Assembly (NCBI GenBank): GCA_001179505.1
Contig: CDMY01000780.1
Span: forward strand, 1-20,604
Reading direction: 5' to 3'
Origin: Vitrella brassicaformis CCMP3155
Taxonomy: Eukaryota > Protista > Chromerida
DNA length: 20,604 nt
Part shown: piece by piece, positions 1-10,500 of the stretch
Position numbering within the stretch: position 1 is the stretch's first letter
How the letters are laid out: each line of letters begins with the position of its first letter
The notes under the pieces: generated by a model
The model's database searches: none
What the model saw: the letters and a program-made list of their open reading frames with translations, nothing else
What the model was told of the DNA's origin: nothing
Program-made: the position numbers and the translations under genes

Positions 1-158
1 TCTTCGGCTCCTTGGGAGAGAGGGGTTGTGACGAGCTGGGCGTTCTCTTTCTCGAAGAAAGGCAAGCCATTCACAGTGAGCTGCAAGCCAGACAAAGGGA
101 CACAGGACGAGAATGCACACGGCGTGTCTGTCTTCGAGCAGGGATCTTCTGTGGCTTT

Positions 159-502
159 CTACTTCGTCGTTTGTCTGTTCGGTGGCTGCCGAGCCGCTGC
201 ACCAGTTGATTTTACTCGCACCACCTGACGTGGCCTCCGTTTGCTGTACTTGTGGGAAGCCAGGGCACGGTAGAGTGTGCAATGGACGATAGTCGCCACA
301 GACTCATTTGACTGCAACCAACCACAGACTCATTTGACTGCAACCAACCATGCACACACAGTGACACAGATACACACATAGTGACACACATACACACAGT
401 GACACACATACACACACACACACAAACACACGTCCGTCATGAACTGGGCGCAACCAATGTCATAAAATGAGCGCTCATGACCAGCTTGGCACACGAACCG
501 AG
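159..502 (-). CDS. Possible 3' part of a spliced orphan gene or gene relic (exons 502-432 and 311-159)
   Basis: Exon 502-432 (RFVCQAGHERSFYDIGCAQFMTD) has an AG acceptor and a phase-0 GTGTG donor. A TG-rich intron ending ttgcag follows, then SNESVATIVHCTLYRALASHKYSKRRPRQVVRVKSTGAAARQPPNRQTTK* with the stop at 161-159. No homology recognised and no start found. Confidence 0.25.
296..347. repeat. Perfect 26-bp tandem duplication (CCACAGACTCATTTGACTGCAACCAA x2)
   Basis: Identical copies at 296-321 and 322-347, read directly. Confidence 0.95.
352..431. repeat. (CA)n-rich microsatellite with recurring AGTGACACA units
   Basis: CACA tracts interrupted three times by (t/c)agtgacaca; resembles the intronic repeats elsewhere in the window. 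Confidence 0.85.
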
Positions 503-775
503 CTGTGACTGAAGCTGAGGGCCTGCATGAAGCTGGAACAGTGTATACTCATATTGATGGCCCACTCATACTCGCACCGCATGTCAAAGCCTATAGCTCC
601 CCCGTTGCGACAGCTTCCGAGTTGTCCAGCCTTGCTATGGGGGAGGAAACACGTCACTCCACCTGTAGTGAGGTGCGTCCTTCCCCACTTTGCAGACTAG
701 AGACTCATTTAGCGGTCGTGAAGCCGCTGGCAAAACACTGAACCACCTTGAAACACTCGATGCAGCCACCTTTTG

Positions 776-808
776 GCATGTATGATAGCATGTATGATAG
801 CATGTATG
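776..808. repeat. 12-bp tandem repeat (GCATGTATGATA x2.75)
   Basis: Copies at 776-787 and 788-799, partial at 800-808. Confidence 0.95.
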
Positions 809-979
809 TCTCCCGACACCTACTCATCCCTTCAGCCGCTGCGGGCCTGTGGCTCATCACCCAGTGCAACGGAAGTAGAAACTGGTCAAAAGCTTCGTGC
901 ATGGTGTACAAAAAGCCCACCCCCGCTCCTCTGGGATTACATCATTGCCAAAGTGGGGACTGCATCTTTCGTTCCCGCA

Positions 980-1270
980 CAATAGGCGCGACTTGTGCGC
1001 CATAGCTGGCCCTGTGGCCGGAAGGCTGGCATGTCTGCCCGTGGGGCCAGCCCTGCAGGTGGATGTCCAGCCCTGTGAGTGCAAGGCTGGCCATCTGTGC
1101 AGGGCTGGCCCTGTGTCTGCAGGGCTGGCCCAGTGCAACACTGGCCCCGTGAGTGCAGGGCTGGCCCTGTGGCCGCAGGGCTTGCCTTCTGGCTGCGGGG
1201 CTCGTCCCACAGGCGGACATGCAGCCTTCCGGCCGCAGGGACAGCTTTGGCGCACAAGTCGCTTGTATTG
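980..1270. mobile_element. Foldback/MITE-like non-autonomous element with ~79-bp imperfect terminal inverted repeats and internal GCAGGGCTGGCCC sub-repeats
   Basis: 980-1058 aligns with the reverse complement of 1193-1270 at 67/79 positions by hand. The internal unit occurs at 1099, 1119 and 1155, with variants at 1081 and 1175 and an inverted copy at 1044. No transposase. CA flanks both ends (978-979, 1271-1272), a possible but weak TSD. Confidence 0.6.
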
Positions 1271-1571
1271 CAGGCCCGTTGCCTGCATGTGCTGAGACAC
1301 ACGGGCAATTGCGAAGGGTGGGCTGGCACGCGGGGGAGACACAATGACGTTGGCTGGCCACATCCGGTCCGCTCGTGTAAATTTCTTAGTGGCGAGAATT
1401 CGAGACGGTTCTCAAAAGAGGCACATTTTCTTTATGGCAGCAATCTGCACCGTTTCTCTGTGCCTTTGGCTCCTCGTGGTATTCCTTCTTGCTCCTCCAA
1501 GTCCCTTGAGGCAAGAAAAAGCAGGAGCCCATCGTAGCCCTCCGGCGCTCCCCCCCCCCTCCCCCAAAAAA

Positions 1572-2206
1572 ATGAGTTTCAACGAGACGATGGCTTGTGT
1601 GATGGTCTTCACGGTCAACCTCTTCGAAAAGGGGCCGCTGAAGGCCATCACACAGCAGCTGCGGGACCTGCGAAACGGGGTGGACTTCGCCGAAGTTGGT
1701 GAGGACAGACATGAGAGACTCTGAGGACAGAACACGATAGGGCAAGCCGATGACAGGAACACTCTTGTGTGCGATTTCACATATTCGCAGTCGCGAGGTC
1801 CGACAAGGCGGAAGAGGACGCGGAGGTCCAGCGGTTCCTGGGGGAGATCAGGAGGGCCAAGGCGAGAGTCCTCGGACTCATGGGTGCTCAGGTATGCCGC
1901 TTGGCGGAGGGGTCAACCATTGCTCATCGCCGACCGTGAGGATGCGGGCGAGCTGATTTTGGTCAGCGGCACACAGACGACAGAGACAGACAGGACACGG
2001 AATTGCAAAGCGCTCTTCTGTCCTCTGCCCTTTGTTGTGCTGCGTAGCAGAGGGAGTTAGAATCGTTGCCTGCATTTTATATTGGATGGCAATTGTACTC
2101 ACTTCGCACCTCCGCCAAGGTGAGAGCGTAGACACACGCCATTTGGGCACATGCATCGCTTCGAGATTGTGTGATTGTTAGATTGATGAAGAAGCCGTGA
2201 GGGCAG
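1572..2206 (+). CDS. Small spliced orphan ORF (exons 1572-1698, 1791-1891; tentative 2051-2119, 2182-2206); 3' end unresolved
   Basis: MSFNETMACVMVFTVNLFEKGPLKAITQQLRDLRNGVDFAEV|VARSDKAEEDAEVQRFLGEIRRAKARVLGLMGAQ is joined by a phase-consistent GT-AG intron (1699-1790), with donor GTATG at 1892. An in-frame upstream ATG at 1434 would add a hydrophobic segment (MAAICTVSLCLWLLVVFLLA). No family recognised. Confidence 0.45.
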
Positions 2207-2227
2207 GTGAGACGGGCACGGCGTGTG

Positions 2228-2327
2228 TGTGTCGAGACTCATTCATACAACGTGTCTGTGTCAGCAACGAGAGAATGTCTGGCTGACACACCGACACACA
2301 CACGCTGTATGAATGAGTCTGGACACA
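2228..2327. repeat. 100-bp inverted repeat/hairpin
   Basis: 2228-2255 pairs with 2300-2327 (26/28) and 2257-2265 pairs with 2282-2290 (9/9); 16-nt loop. Confidence 0.85.
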
Positions 2328-2482
2328 ACCACGACATCGATCCATTCGAACCGTCACAAGCCCACCACTTTGCATCCATACACCCAGGAATAGAACAGTC
2401 GTCAGTCCGTCTTTCCACCAGCTGTACACACACCTACACCTTTCGGTGCACCAACCAATGCATTGCATATATCCCCATTCAA

Positions 2483-5334
2483 TCAGCTCGTCTTCACCTT
2501 GCCCTCCCCGCCTCCCACCCACCCCCTGCCCCTCTCTGGCAGCATCAGCACCAGCACCACGGCAAACAGAAACGGCAAGTACACGAACCACACCACCGCC
2601 ATGCTCATGCCCTCCACACACCGATAGTCCTGAGCCATGCGATACACCGCAAACAGTGGCCGCTCGTGTGGCAAAGGGCTGGTCTGTTGAGCGACGGCCT
2701 CCCCCACTTGCCGCAGCCAGGCCAGCAGCCGTCTTGGCCCGTACTTGGCGAACTGCCGGGGCACAGAGTGCGACCAGACGGACAGCAGCAGTGAAGCCAC
2801 TGAAGCGACGCTGTGGCCGATGAGACGGATGGCCTCGTGACGGATGTGCAATACCCATTCTGCCATTGTGCTGCCGTGGGCAGCGCCATCTTCCTTTCTG
2901 TGTGACAGGTTGGCGTCGAAGAGTAGCAGCCATGTGAGCAGCAGATAGCGCAGGACGAACAGATGGCTTCGTCGCAGCCGAGGCCGCCATTTCCACCGCC
3001 ATCTGCCGCTGTGCTGCGGGGGCGATTGGGCGGTCGTCTGTTGCTGCTGTGGCGCATCGATGAGTGAGGTAAGAGGCTCCACCAGCAGGAGCGGCGGGAC
3101 CACTAATGGCGTCAAGTACACTGACGCAGCCCAGTTGTACACCTGAACAAAAGGGAAGGGGGTCGACACCAAATGAATGGATGGATGGATGGATTCGGTT
3201 TGGCTCGCTCACCGTGAGTGGTGCCAATGTGAGAATGGCCATCGCCCTCGCCACACTCTTGACGCACATCCACAGCGGCGGCATCTCACGGATGCTCGGC
3301 TGCCCTTCACCCGTCGCTTCGTTCCCCTTTGCCACGCTGTCGCCTTTGGCTGGCTGGCGTGATGATCGTGGCTGTCGAATGAGCGCCTCACTGACCAAAC
3401 AGATGAGACCGACGGCGGCGTAGCCCATCAGCGCCACCCACACCCACACAGACGCCTTCTGCAACGCACAGCACAGCACAGCACACGGTGAGTGGTGCGG
3501 TGCCGTGGAGTGCAGCCTCTCGATGCACTGGCCTTTCTGGCCATCCGCACTTGGCGTTTGTCGTGTGCAGCTGCTGGTGTGCATGAGGGGGTGAGGGGGC
3601 CTGCATGCCTCCAGCGAAGGAGGGAGGGTGCTGATGTGAGCAGACCCCCAATGCCCCAAGATGACAGCTGGTCCACAAGACCACTCTGAAGAAAAGACAA
3701 GGGCCAACCTGCAAACCGAAGTTCCCCGCTTTCTGGCTGTGTGTGACCGATCTCACCTGTGTGGCGAGTGCAAAAGACGTGAGGCTGCCTGTGATGAGGC
3801 CCGAGAGCATGACGGTGGCGCCAAGCATCACAGCTCCCACGTCACTAAACACCCTACACTGAAACGTCTGACGACCAAACCAGCACCAGACAACACAGAC
3901 AAAGCCATCCATCCATCCATCCGTCCATTGGCTGACCGCTGCGGCGAGCGGCATGAGCATGCCGAACACGGGGTAGAGGTAGAGGCCCGACGACACGTGG
4001 CTGTTGGGGCTGGTGAAGAAGTAGAAGTTGAAGGAATGGTGCAGCGCCTGCAGGGCGCTGCTCTGGCAACGCAAGATGCCCTCCAACGAGCTGCATAGAC
4101 ACGCACAGCATACACACAGAGAGAGGGAAGGGGATCAGTGCACATGGATCTTACCCGCCCAGCTGAGTGAGTTTGGGCTGGCCGTTGCCGCCCCGAGGGT
4201 TAGACGAGGCCACTGCGGTGAACGCAGGGATAGCACGCCTGACGGCAACAAGGGCAGGAAGCAAACAAGTCATTGCGTGATGATTCTAGATGCGTGTGTA
4301 TGTGGATGAAGAGCTAACTGCAGGAAGGCCGAGTGGATTCGGTCGGCCCCGGCATCGGTGGCCATTCGGTTGACGGAATCCCAGGCCTCTCTAGGCTCCG
4401 CGCGGATGCCGTCCTGCTTGGCCTCTATCGCATAGGCGTTGACCAGGTCCTGGTTCGGCTGCAGACCGTTCACACCCTCTGCACACAGACACACATACTC
4501 AAGACCCATTTAGTTGCAAATGCTGTGCGTACCGATGTCCAGTGTCACGGCGACTTGGTTGGGGCGGTGCTTGTCGATCTCGAATATGACGGCCTGGCGC
4601 ATGAGGCCCCTGCGGGGAAAGGGCGCCTTGTCACGCAGATAGCCGTCAAGGAACGCACGGACGCCTGCAGACAAACCCACACATATCCATCCATTCCTCC
4701 GCTGTGCACAGCCGTCTGCCTGTCTGTGTCTGTCTGTCTGACCTGCGGCGTAAGGCAGCGTCCGGTCGGTGAAGATCACAATGACGTCACGCGCAAGCCA
4801 CTGAACCGTCTGCAGATAGTCCGCCAGTGCGAGCCCCAGTGCGGGAGTGGCCGTGTCGTCCCTGTCACGCCAGTCCGAGGCCATGACGAGCACGATGCTC
4901 TCCCTCGAGTCGCCACGAGCAGACGGCACCACTGCCACAACTGTCGTGCCCCGCACCTCCCCATCGAAGTAGCTCCAGCTGATGTTGTAGGCTGGCAGGC
5001 CCGACCGCTCAAGAGCCGACTGCAGCTGCCCCGCCACACCACCACCACCACCACCAGCAGTAGCAGCAGCATGAGACGATGACCTTGAAGATGATATGTC
5101 AGCCGTCGCTTCTTTTAGCTCTTGCCTCATGGCGCCCAGCTGCCGGCTGCTGTGCGATGTGATGAAGCCGTGCTGTGCATAGCCCGGGACGAGGCCGTGC
5201 TCTTCGATGACTGTTGGTCTGTCGAATGCGTCGAACATGCTGAGCCAGATGGTGCCTGCGAGGGCCACCAGGAGGGAGATCTGCCACAGACGGGGCGCCA
5301 AGAAGGAGGCCACGCCGTCGCGGACAACACCCAT
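2483..5334 (-). CDS. GAA1: GPI-anchor transamidase component GAA1/GPAA1, 9 exons, 757 aa
   Basis: Exons 5334-4743, 4664-4533, 4478-4319, 4238-4155, 4090-3937, 3867-3757, 3685-3551, 3458-3213, 3142-2483; all GT-AG and phase-consistent (2274 nt). N-terminal TM followed by Gaa1 luminal motifs PSARGDSRESIVL, WLARDVIVIF, EGVNGLQPNQDLVN, HSAFLQ and LEGILRCQSSALQALHHSFNFYF, then a multi-TM C-terminus ending KVKTS*. Exon 7 is the least certain. Confidence 0.92.
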
Positions 5335-5512
5335 GACTTCAACAGACGATTGCTTAATGCGCTGAGGCCATGGCCCTCGGTGTCACGCGGGGCCCGCGGC
5401 GCAGGTCCATCAGCTCGAGCGCTCAGACTGGCGACCTTGCCCAAAACCCATCTCCGCTCTAACCCAACTTGGCTCGACCGTCGGAAACGCGCCGCGCCGT
5501 TGACTCATCGAA
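5335..5512. promoter_or_regulatory. Putative bidirectional promoter between GAA1 and the 199-aa orphan
   Basis: Divergent start codons with only 178 bp between them; no specific motif identified. Confidence 0.5.
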
Positions 5513-6112
5513 ATGATGGATCTGGTGGTTTCCCTGCTGCTCAGGCTTGTCCAGAGGATGATCTACCCAAGGCTGACGTGCTTGGCCATGGTTGTCCTGT
5601 TTTCCCTCACGGCGTTGGCCACTCGGCTTCGTCTGGGCGCACAGGAGATTCCGCTGGCCATGCCGTGGACGCCCAAGAGCTTCGTGCAGGAGTACAGCCT
5701 GGTGCGGGAGTGGATCTTCGACCGACGGTGGGACGAGAGGGTGGAGTGGAAGAAGCAGGGCAGGTGGCTGCGGAACGGACCGGTCAAGGTGGAGCTGACC
5801 AAGGACCGGTTCGCCAAGTTTGTTGGCACGTCGGGCGGGAGTGAGGGGGAGGGCGTGTGGCAGTACAAGCGGCGGATATCGAGCGGGCCGGTGGAGGTCG
5901 AGGTGGAGGACGACCCCAACTCGCCCAACAAGATGCTGCTGTACGTGACGGAGGCGAGGACGGGGCTGTTCAACCCTAATGCGGTGCGGTTCGACGAGGG
6001 GAAGATCTACCTCATAGTGCCGCCCTTTCTGCCGTGGAACAAGAGGAAGGTCGGGACGTTCACCGTCAAGGCCAAGTCACAGATACCGCTGCTGGACAAG
6101 TCAATGAGATAG
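5513..6112 (+). CDS. Intronless hypothetical protein, 199 aa, N-terminal signal peptide/anchor, Trp/Gly-rich predicted beta domain
   Basis: Clean ORF with GC-rich third positions and hydrophobic N-terminus (MIYPRLTCLAMVVLFSLTALA), followed by a GA/TG-repeat 3' UTR-like region. No family recognised. Confidence 0.8.
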   Translation: MMDLVVSLLLRLVQRMIYPRLTCLAMVVLFSLTALATRLRLGAQEIPLAMPWTPKSFVQEYSLVREWIFDRRWDERVEWKKQGRWLRNGPVKVELTKDRFAKFVGTSGGSEGEGVWQYKRRISSGPVEVEVEDDPNSPNKMLLYVTEARTGLFNPNAVRFDEGKIYLIVPPFLPWNKRKVGTFTVKAKSQIPLLDKSMR

Positions 6113-6699
6113 ATGAGGAATGAACGAAGACGGATGGATGATGAATGTGCTGATCGAGTGGAAAGAAAGGGACAAATGGATGGCGTGACGTGTGTGGTTT
6201 TCGGTGTCGTCATGAGAGATACATGAGCGATAGATACTGCATGCTTTGACTCACTGGCTGGTCGGTCGGTCATGAGCGTCTGTCTCAAGACATCGATGTG
6301 TGTGTGTGTTCCACCATCCATCACCATAAAGTGTCCCCTCCGCACACACAATGCACGTGGCCCCCATCATCACTCAGCAGACACAGCAGCTCCGGGGCAT
6401 GCATCACCAAGGAGCAGCGCACAGCTCACGGCCATGCGCAACCCACACGAAATCGTCACTTCACCTCTGATCCGATGACTGACTCATGGTTGCCCTTCGT
6501 GTACCCAACCAAAGCCTCTCTCTGTGGACTGTCTGTGGCTCTCTCAAATCGCCATCCATCGGTAAAGTGCCTGTGGCTGTCTGTTTGTGAGCATGACAGC
6601 AGCACACACATCACCGAGAACGAGATAAGAGATGTATGTCACAGAAATGCGGACGACCAGACAGACAAGGTAGAGGGTGGATGGGATGGCTCTCTCGAC

Positions 6700-6733
6700 G
6701 ACACGACACGACACGACACGACATGACATGACA
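6700..6733. repeat. (ACACG)n / (ACATG)n pentanucleotide microsatellite
   Basis: acacgacacgacacgacacgacatgacatgacac read directly. Confidence 0.9.
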
Positions 6734-7567
6734 CATCACACACGGCCCGGCCCACCGACCCATCGACCGACCAATGAGACCTGCAAGCAAAGCAAGTACA
6801 CACAAACAACCCGACCACATAAATGGAAATGCAGCCTCCACACCAAAACAGCATCCATGTAGCGTGTAGCCTCCCTCCCCTCCCCTCCCCTCCGTGTCCG
6901 TCTGCCCGCCCTGCCAGAAACTGGGGCCATCAGCCAGCCAGCCACAAATCGATCGGTCCACACTGACGGCCCCGACAGTCTCTCTCTCACGATAGAGCCA
7001 TTCTACAGCCCAGCCAGCCACACAGAGAGTGAGTGGATTGTGCGGCGGGGGGAACAACAGCCTACCTACCTACCTGCTGACATGCCTAGCTCGCCACAAA
7101 TCAGTCAGCACGTTGCATGGATGATAGTCGATCAATAAAATACCAACCCTGTCTGTACACTTAATGCGTGTGTGTACGCGCGAAATAAAGCCCCTCCCCC
7201 TCCCCCTGCCCCCACCAGGCAGGTGGTGAATAAAAGCGGCCCCACATGACATGCTCACACGTCACGGTCGGTGGACAGAGGCAGGCAGGCAGAAGCGCGG
7301 GGGAGCATTCTTCCCCGCGCACCACACAGCCGCCAGTCCACCCACCCACCCATGCCACTCACACGCATTCACACACAAAGGCCTCTTGCCCCGCCGTGTG
7401 ATTATGCAAACTCTGGTAAAGCGACCCCTTCCCTCCCCCCCACTCCCATCCCTCTCCCCAAATCCACACACAATGTGTCCACAAAAGTCATCCGACCACC
7501 GCGCGTCAAAAAGGGCGCGCGCGAGAGACCAGGACCAGGACCAAGACGCATACATAACTGACGGTGC

Positions 7568-10500
7568 TTACACATCGGTGGGCGAAACCACGGTGGGATT
7601 GGAGGTGGGAGGGCAGCCGTGGCGCTCGCTGTCGACCAGGCAAGAGGTCTGCTCCCTGCCGGCCGCCCGTGCGTCGCGCCGCTGCTTCCTCTGCGCCCTC
7701 TTGGTTGCCTTCCGCTGCTGCCGCAGTTTCTCCAGCTCGGCCTCTCTGACGGCGGCTCGGTGCTTGTTGAGAGCGATGAGCGTGGAGGAGGTGAGAAAGG
7801 CCACACCGACTATGGCTATGGACAGCACCACCTGACAGACAGACATACATGGCAGTAAGTAGGGGATGTGTGTGCTGTGCTGTGCCGTGCTGTGTGCCTT
7901 GTGTGGATCGTGTGGATTGGGTGGTTCGTTGCAACGGTTGGCTCACCTGCACGCCCACGCGCAGCCCCGCCTCATCTCGGATGACACCGGGCAACAGACT
8001 TCCTGAAAGGAGGAAGGCAAGCAGAGACACACAGATAGTGGTTGGTACTCAAAAGAGAATTTCTGTGTGTGTAAACTTGTCTGTCCGTCCGTCTGTCTGC
8101 CTGTCTGTTCGTTCGTACCCAGCGGGTATCCGACGACGTTGTAAACGAACATGGAAATGCTCGCCGCGCACGGCCGGAGGTATGGAGGCACCGACTGGAT
8201 GATGATCCCTGACAGACCCCAGACACACACACACACATACACATACACATACACACGTGTGTCAACAACGGCCTCTCAGTGAGCGCGCGGCTGGTGGCCC
8301 GGGTGGTCACGTACCTGTGATGGTAGGAATGATGGCCCCGCCCAGCACCAGCAGGCACCATATCAGAGCAATCGCGCCGCCAAACGAAGGCATGAAACCG
8401 GCAGACAACGCTGGACAACACAAACACACACACAAACACGCACACACATGCACCCCTCCCCCCTCTCCCCGCCCCAGCCAGGCAGCCAGTGTGCTTGCTT
8501 ACAGCAGATAGCGGCAAGTATGCCTGAGACGGTGCAGGCCACCAGCGCCCTCACGGTGCCGTAGGTGGTCGCATAGCCGCCCAGCCGGTCGACCAGCACG
8601 CCGCCCAGCACCACACCGAGTGTGGGCGCGGTCAGCACGACGGCCGAGAAAGTGGCTGTGAAGGTCCACTCTGACATCGTGTAGTACTCCAGAAAGTACA
8701 CCTTGGCCCAGTACTGAATGCCTGTGGGTACACATATGGGGTGTGAGGGGATGGTGGATGTTTCTGTTTCTGCTGCTTGCTGGCCTACCCGTGACAACGA
8801 TGAACAACGCACATTTGGCGCCAACAGTCGACACGTAAAGACCCGTTCTGAAACAAAACCACCACACACACACACGTATGCATACATGCACACATCCATG
8901 CACACACCTGGCCGCACCAGCCTCCCACTTACCGTAAGAGAATCCACACTTGTTGTCTGAAGCCAATCCGCGGCGTGGCCAGGTCGAAAGGCGACGCCAT
9001 GACGTCGCGCTGCCGCTGCTCGCCCCCGCTCCCGCTCCTCTCGAGGTCAGTGGGCATCCTGGGCGGTGGCTCGGTGTCCGTGGGCAGCCGGGGGGACATC
9101 ATCGCCGCCGCAAAGTCATACAAGTTGGATGTCGACTCTTGGATGCGCAGACCCTGATGAATGCGATGGCGATGGGCGACACACACGAAAGGATTTATGT
9201 GGGCAAGGTTAGGTGGGCTGGTGTGTCCCATCCTTCTGTCTGTCTCACCGCGTAAACCATGCTGGTTTCGCTGTCGCTCTGTTGGTCGGCCTTCCTGTCG
9301 TCGCTCGGCGGCTCCCTCCCCAAGGACATGGCCCCGTCGTCCAGGACGCCGTTCGACAGCTGGGGACACGAGCTCCCCCTCTCCACCACCTCACAGGGCG
9401 TGCCCCCCGACAAAGGCGTGACTGAGTCAGACCTTCTCGCACACTCCTCGTCTGAGGCAGACGCTGCGGTGCCCTGCGTGACCGTCGGCTGCACCAGCAT
9501 CGGGTCAGGCGACCGATGAACCCATGGCGGCGTCTTGTGCGTGTCGTCGGGCAGCGTCAGCGTTGCCGATGTGGCCACTTCTTGCGTGGGTAGGTCTGGC
9601 TCAGACACGGACACGGACACGGCGGACAGCTGAGGGTCTTCAGGGAGTGACGGAAGGGTGGGGGTGGGCGGCTTGCGGCTGGTGGTGGTGGCCAGGGGGG
9701 AGGTGGCCGATAGCAGGGGGAGACGGTCGACACGCCCAAAGCTCGAGGGGCTGTTGACTGACGCTGCCAGCTGAATGAGCGAGACACCGCGCAAGACACA
9801 AGACACACACGAACGTTTGTTTGAAGACACATCATGATGGTGGCATGGCACGTGTGATGTGATGTGGAATGCATACCCTCAGCTCGGTGTAGACCGAGTT
9901 GCACGGCGAAGCCACAAAGAAGCCAGAGGGGATGGGCGGCGTCCATTCGCCAATGCCGCCGATGCCCTCCCCCCCAGCACCACCCCCCCTGCCTCCCTCG
10001 ATCGCTCCACCCTTGGTCTCTGCCTGGCTGCTACTGCTTGATGGGGTGCTCTGCTGGGCACTGCTCTGCTCCATGGATGCCTCGAGGAAGGTGCGGCGGA
10101 GTGGGTGGCCACCCAGGATGACGTCGAAGCTGCCGGGCTCGCTCCCGCTGCCCGACGGAGTGGGAGTCATGTCGCTGGAACAACGTACACAGAGAGGGAG
10201 AGGGAGAGGGAGGGAGCGTAGCACACACGCACATGACCATCCAGATGGTGTGGGCGGGAGAGTGCCCACATGGGCGACTTACAGTGATCGCGACCGTGAG
10301 GCCTTGGGAATCGGATGTGCGCCGGGCGAGTCGGTCCTGGCCCGCCTTATCGCACAGTGCTCTAGCTCCTCCGTCGCTGCCCCAGCCGCCTCGCCCCCCA
10401 GGTGCGTCTGGGATCTCTGCATGCCCTGCGCCATGGGCCACAGCCATCCTCGCTGGTGGTGCGATGATGGGGGGGTCGATGGGGTGGGTGTCTCCTCGGG

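Noticed and set aside
1-228. Open plus-strand frame ending ...PVDFTRTT* at the window edge
   Set aside because: Could be a last exon of an upstream gene, but there is no homology or splice context in the window and it conflicts with the minus-strand candidate.
505-1005. Short plus-strand ORFs (TEAEGLHEAG...; LLWDYIIAKVG...)
   Set aside because: No recognisable domain or consistent exon chain; may be a degraded gene or TE relic but cannot be supported.
1099-1180. Regularly spaced short repeats that might suggest a CRISPR array
   Set aside because: 13-bp units with 7-23-bp self-similar gaps, eukaryotic context and no cas genes.
857-1363. Many overlapping 130-170 aa ORFs on both strands
   Set aside because: They arise from the GC-rich palindromic foldback element; translations are repetitive with no domain signal.
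2207-2794. 195-aa His-rich plus-strand ORF
   Set aside because: Antisense shadow of the GAA1 last exon and 3' UTR.
2178-3707. 509-aa minus-strand ORF
   Set aside because: Only one part (KASVWVW...APLT) is a GAA1 exon; the rest is intron or off-frame read-through.
4333-5844. Long plus-strand ORFs of 249 and 240 aa
   Set aside because: Antisense or off-frame to GC-rich real exons of GAA1 and the 199-aa gene.
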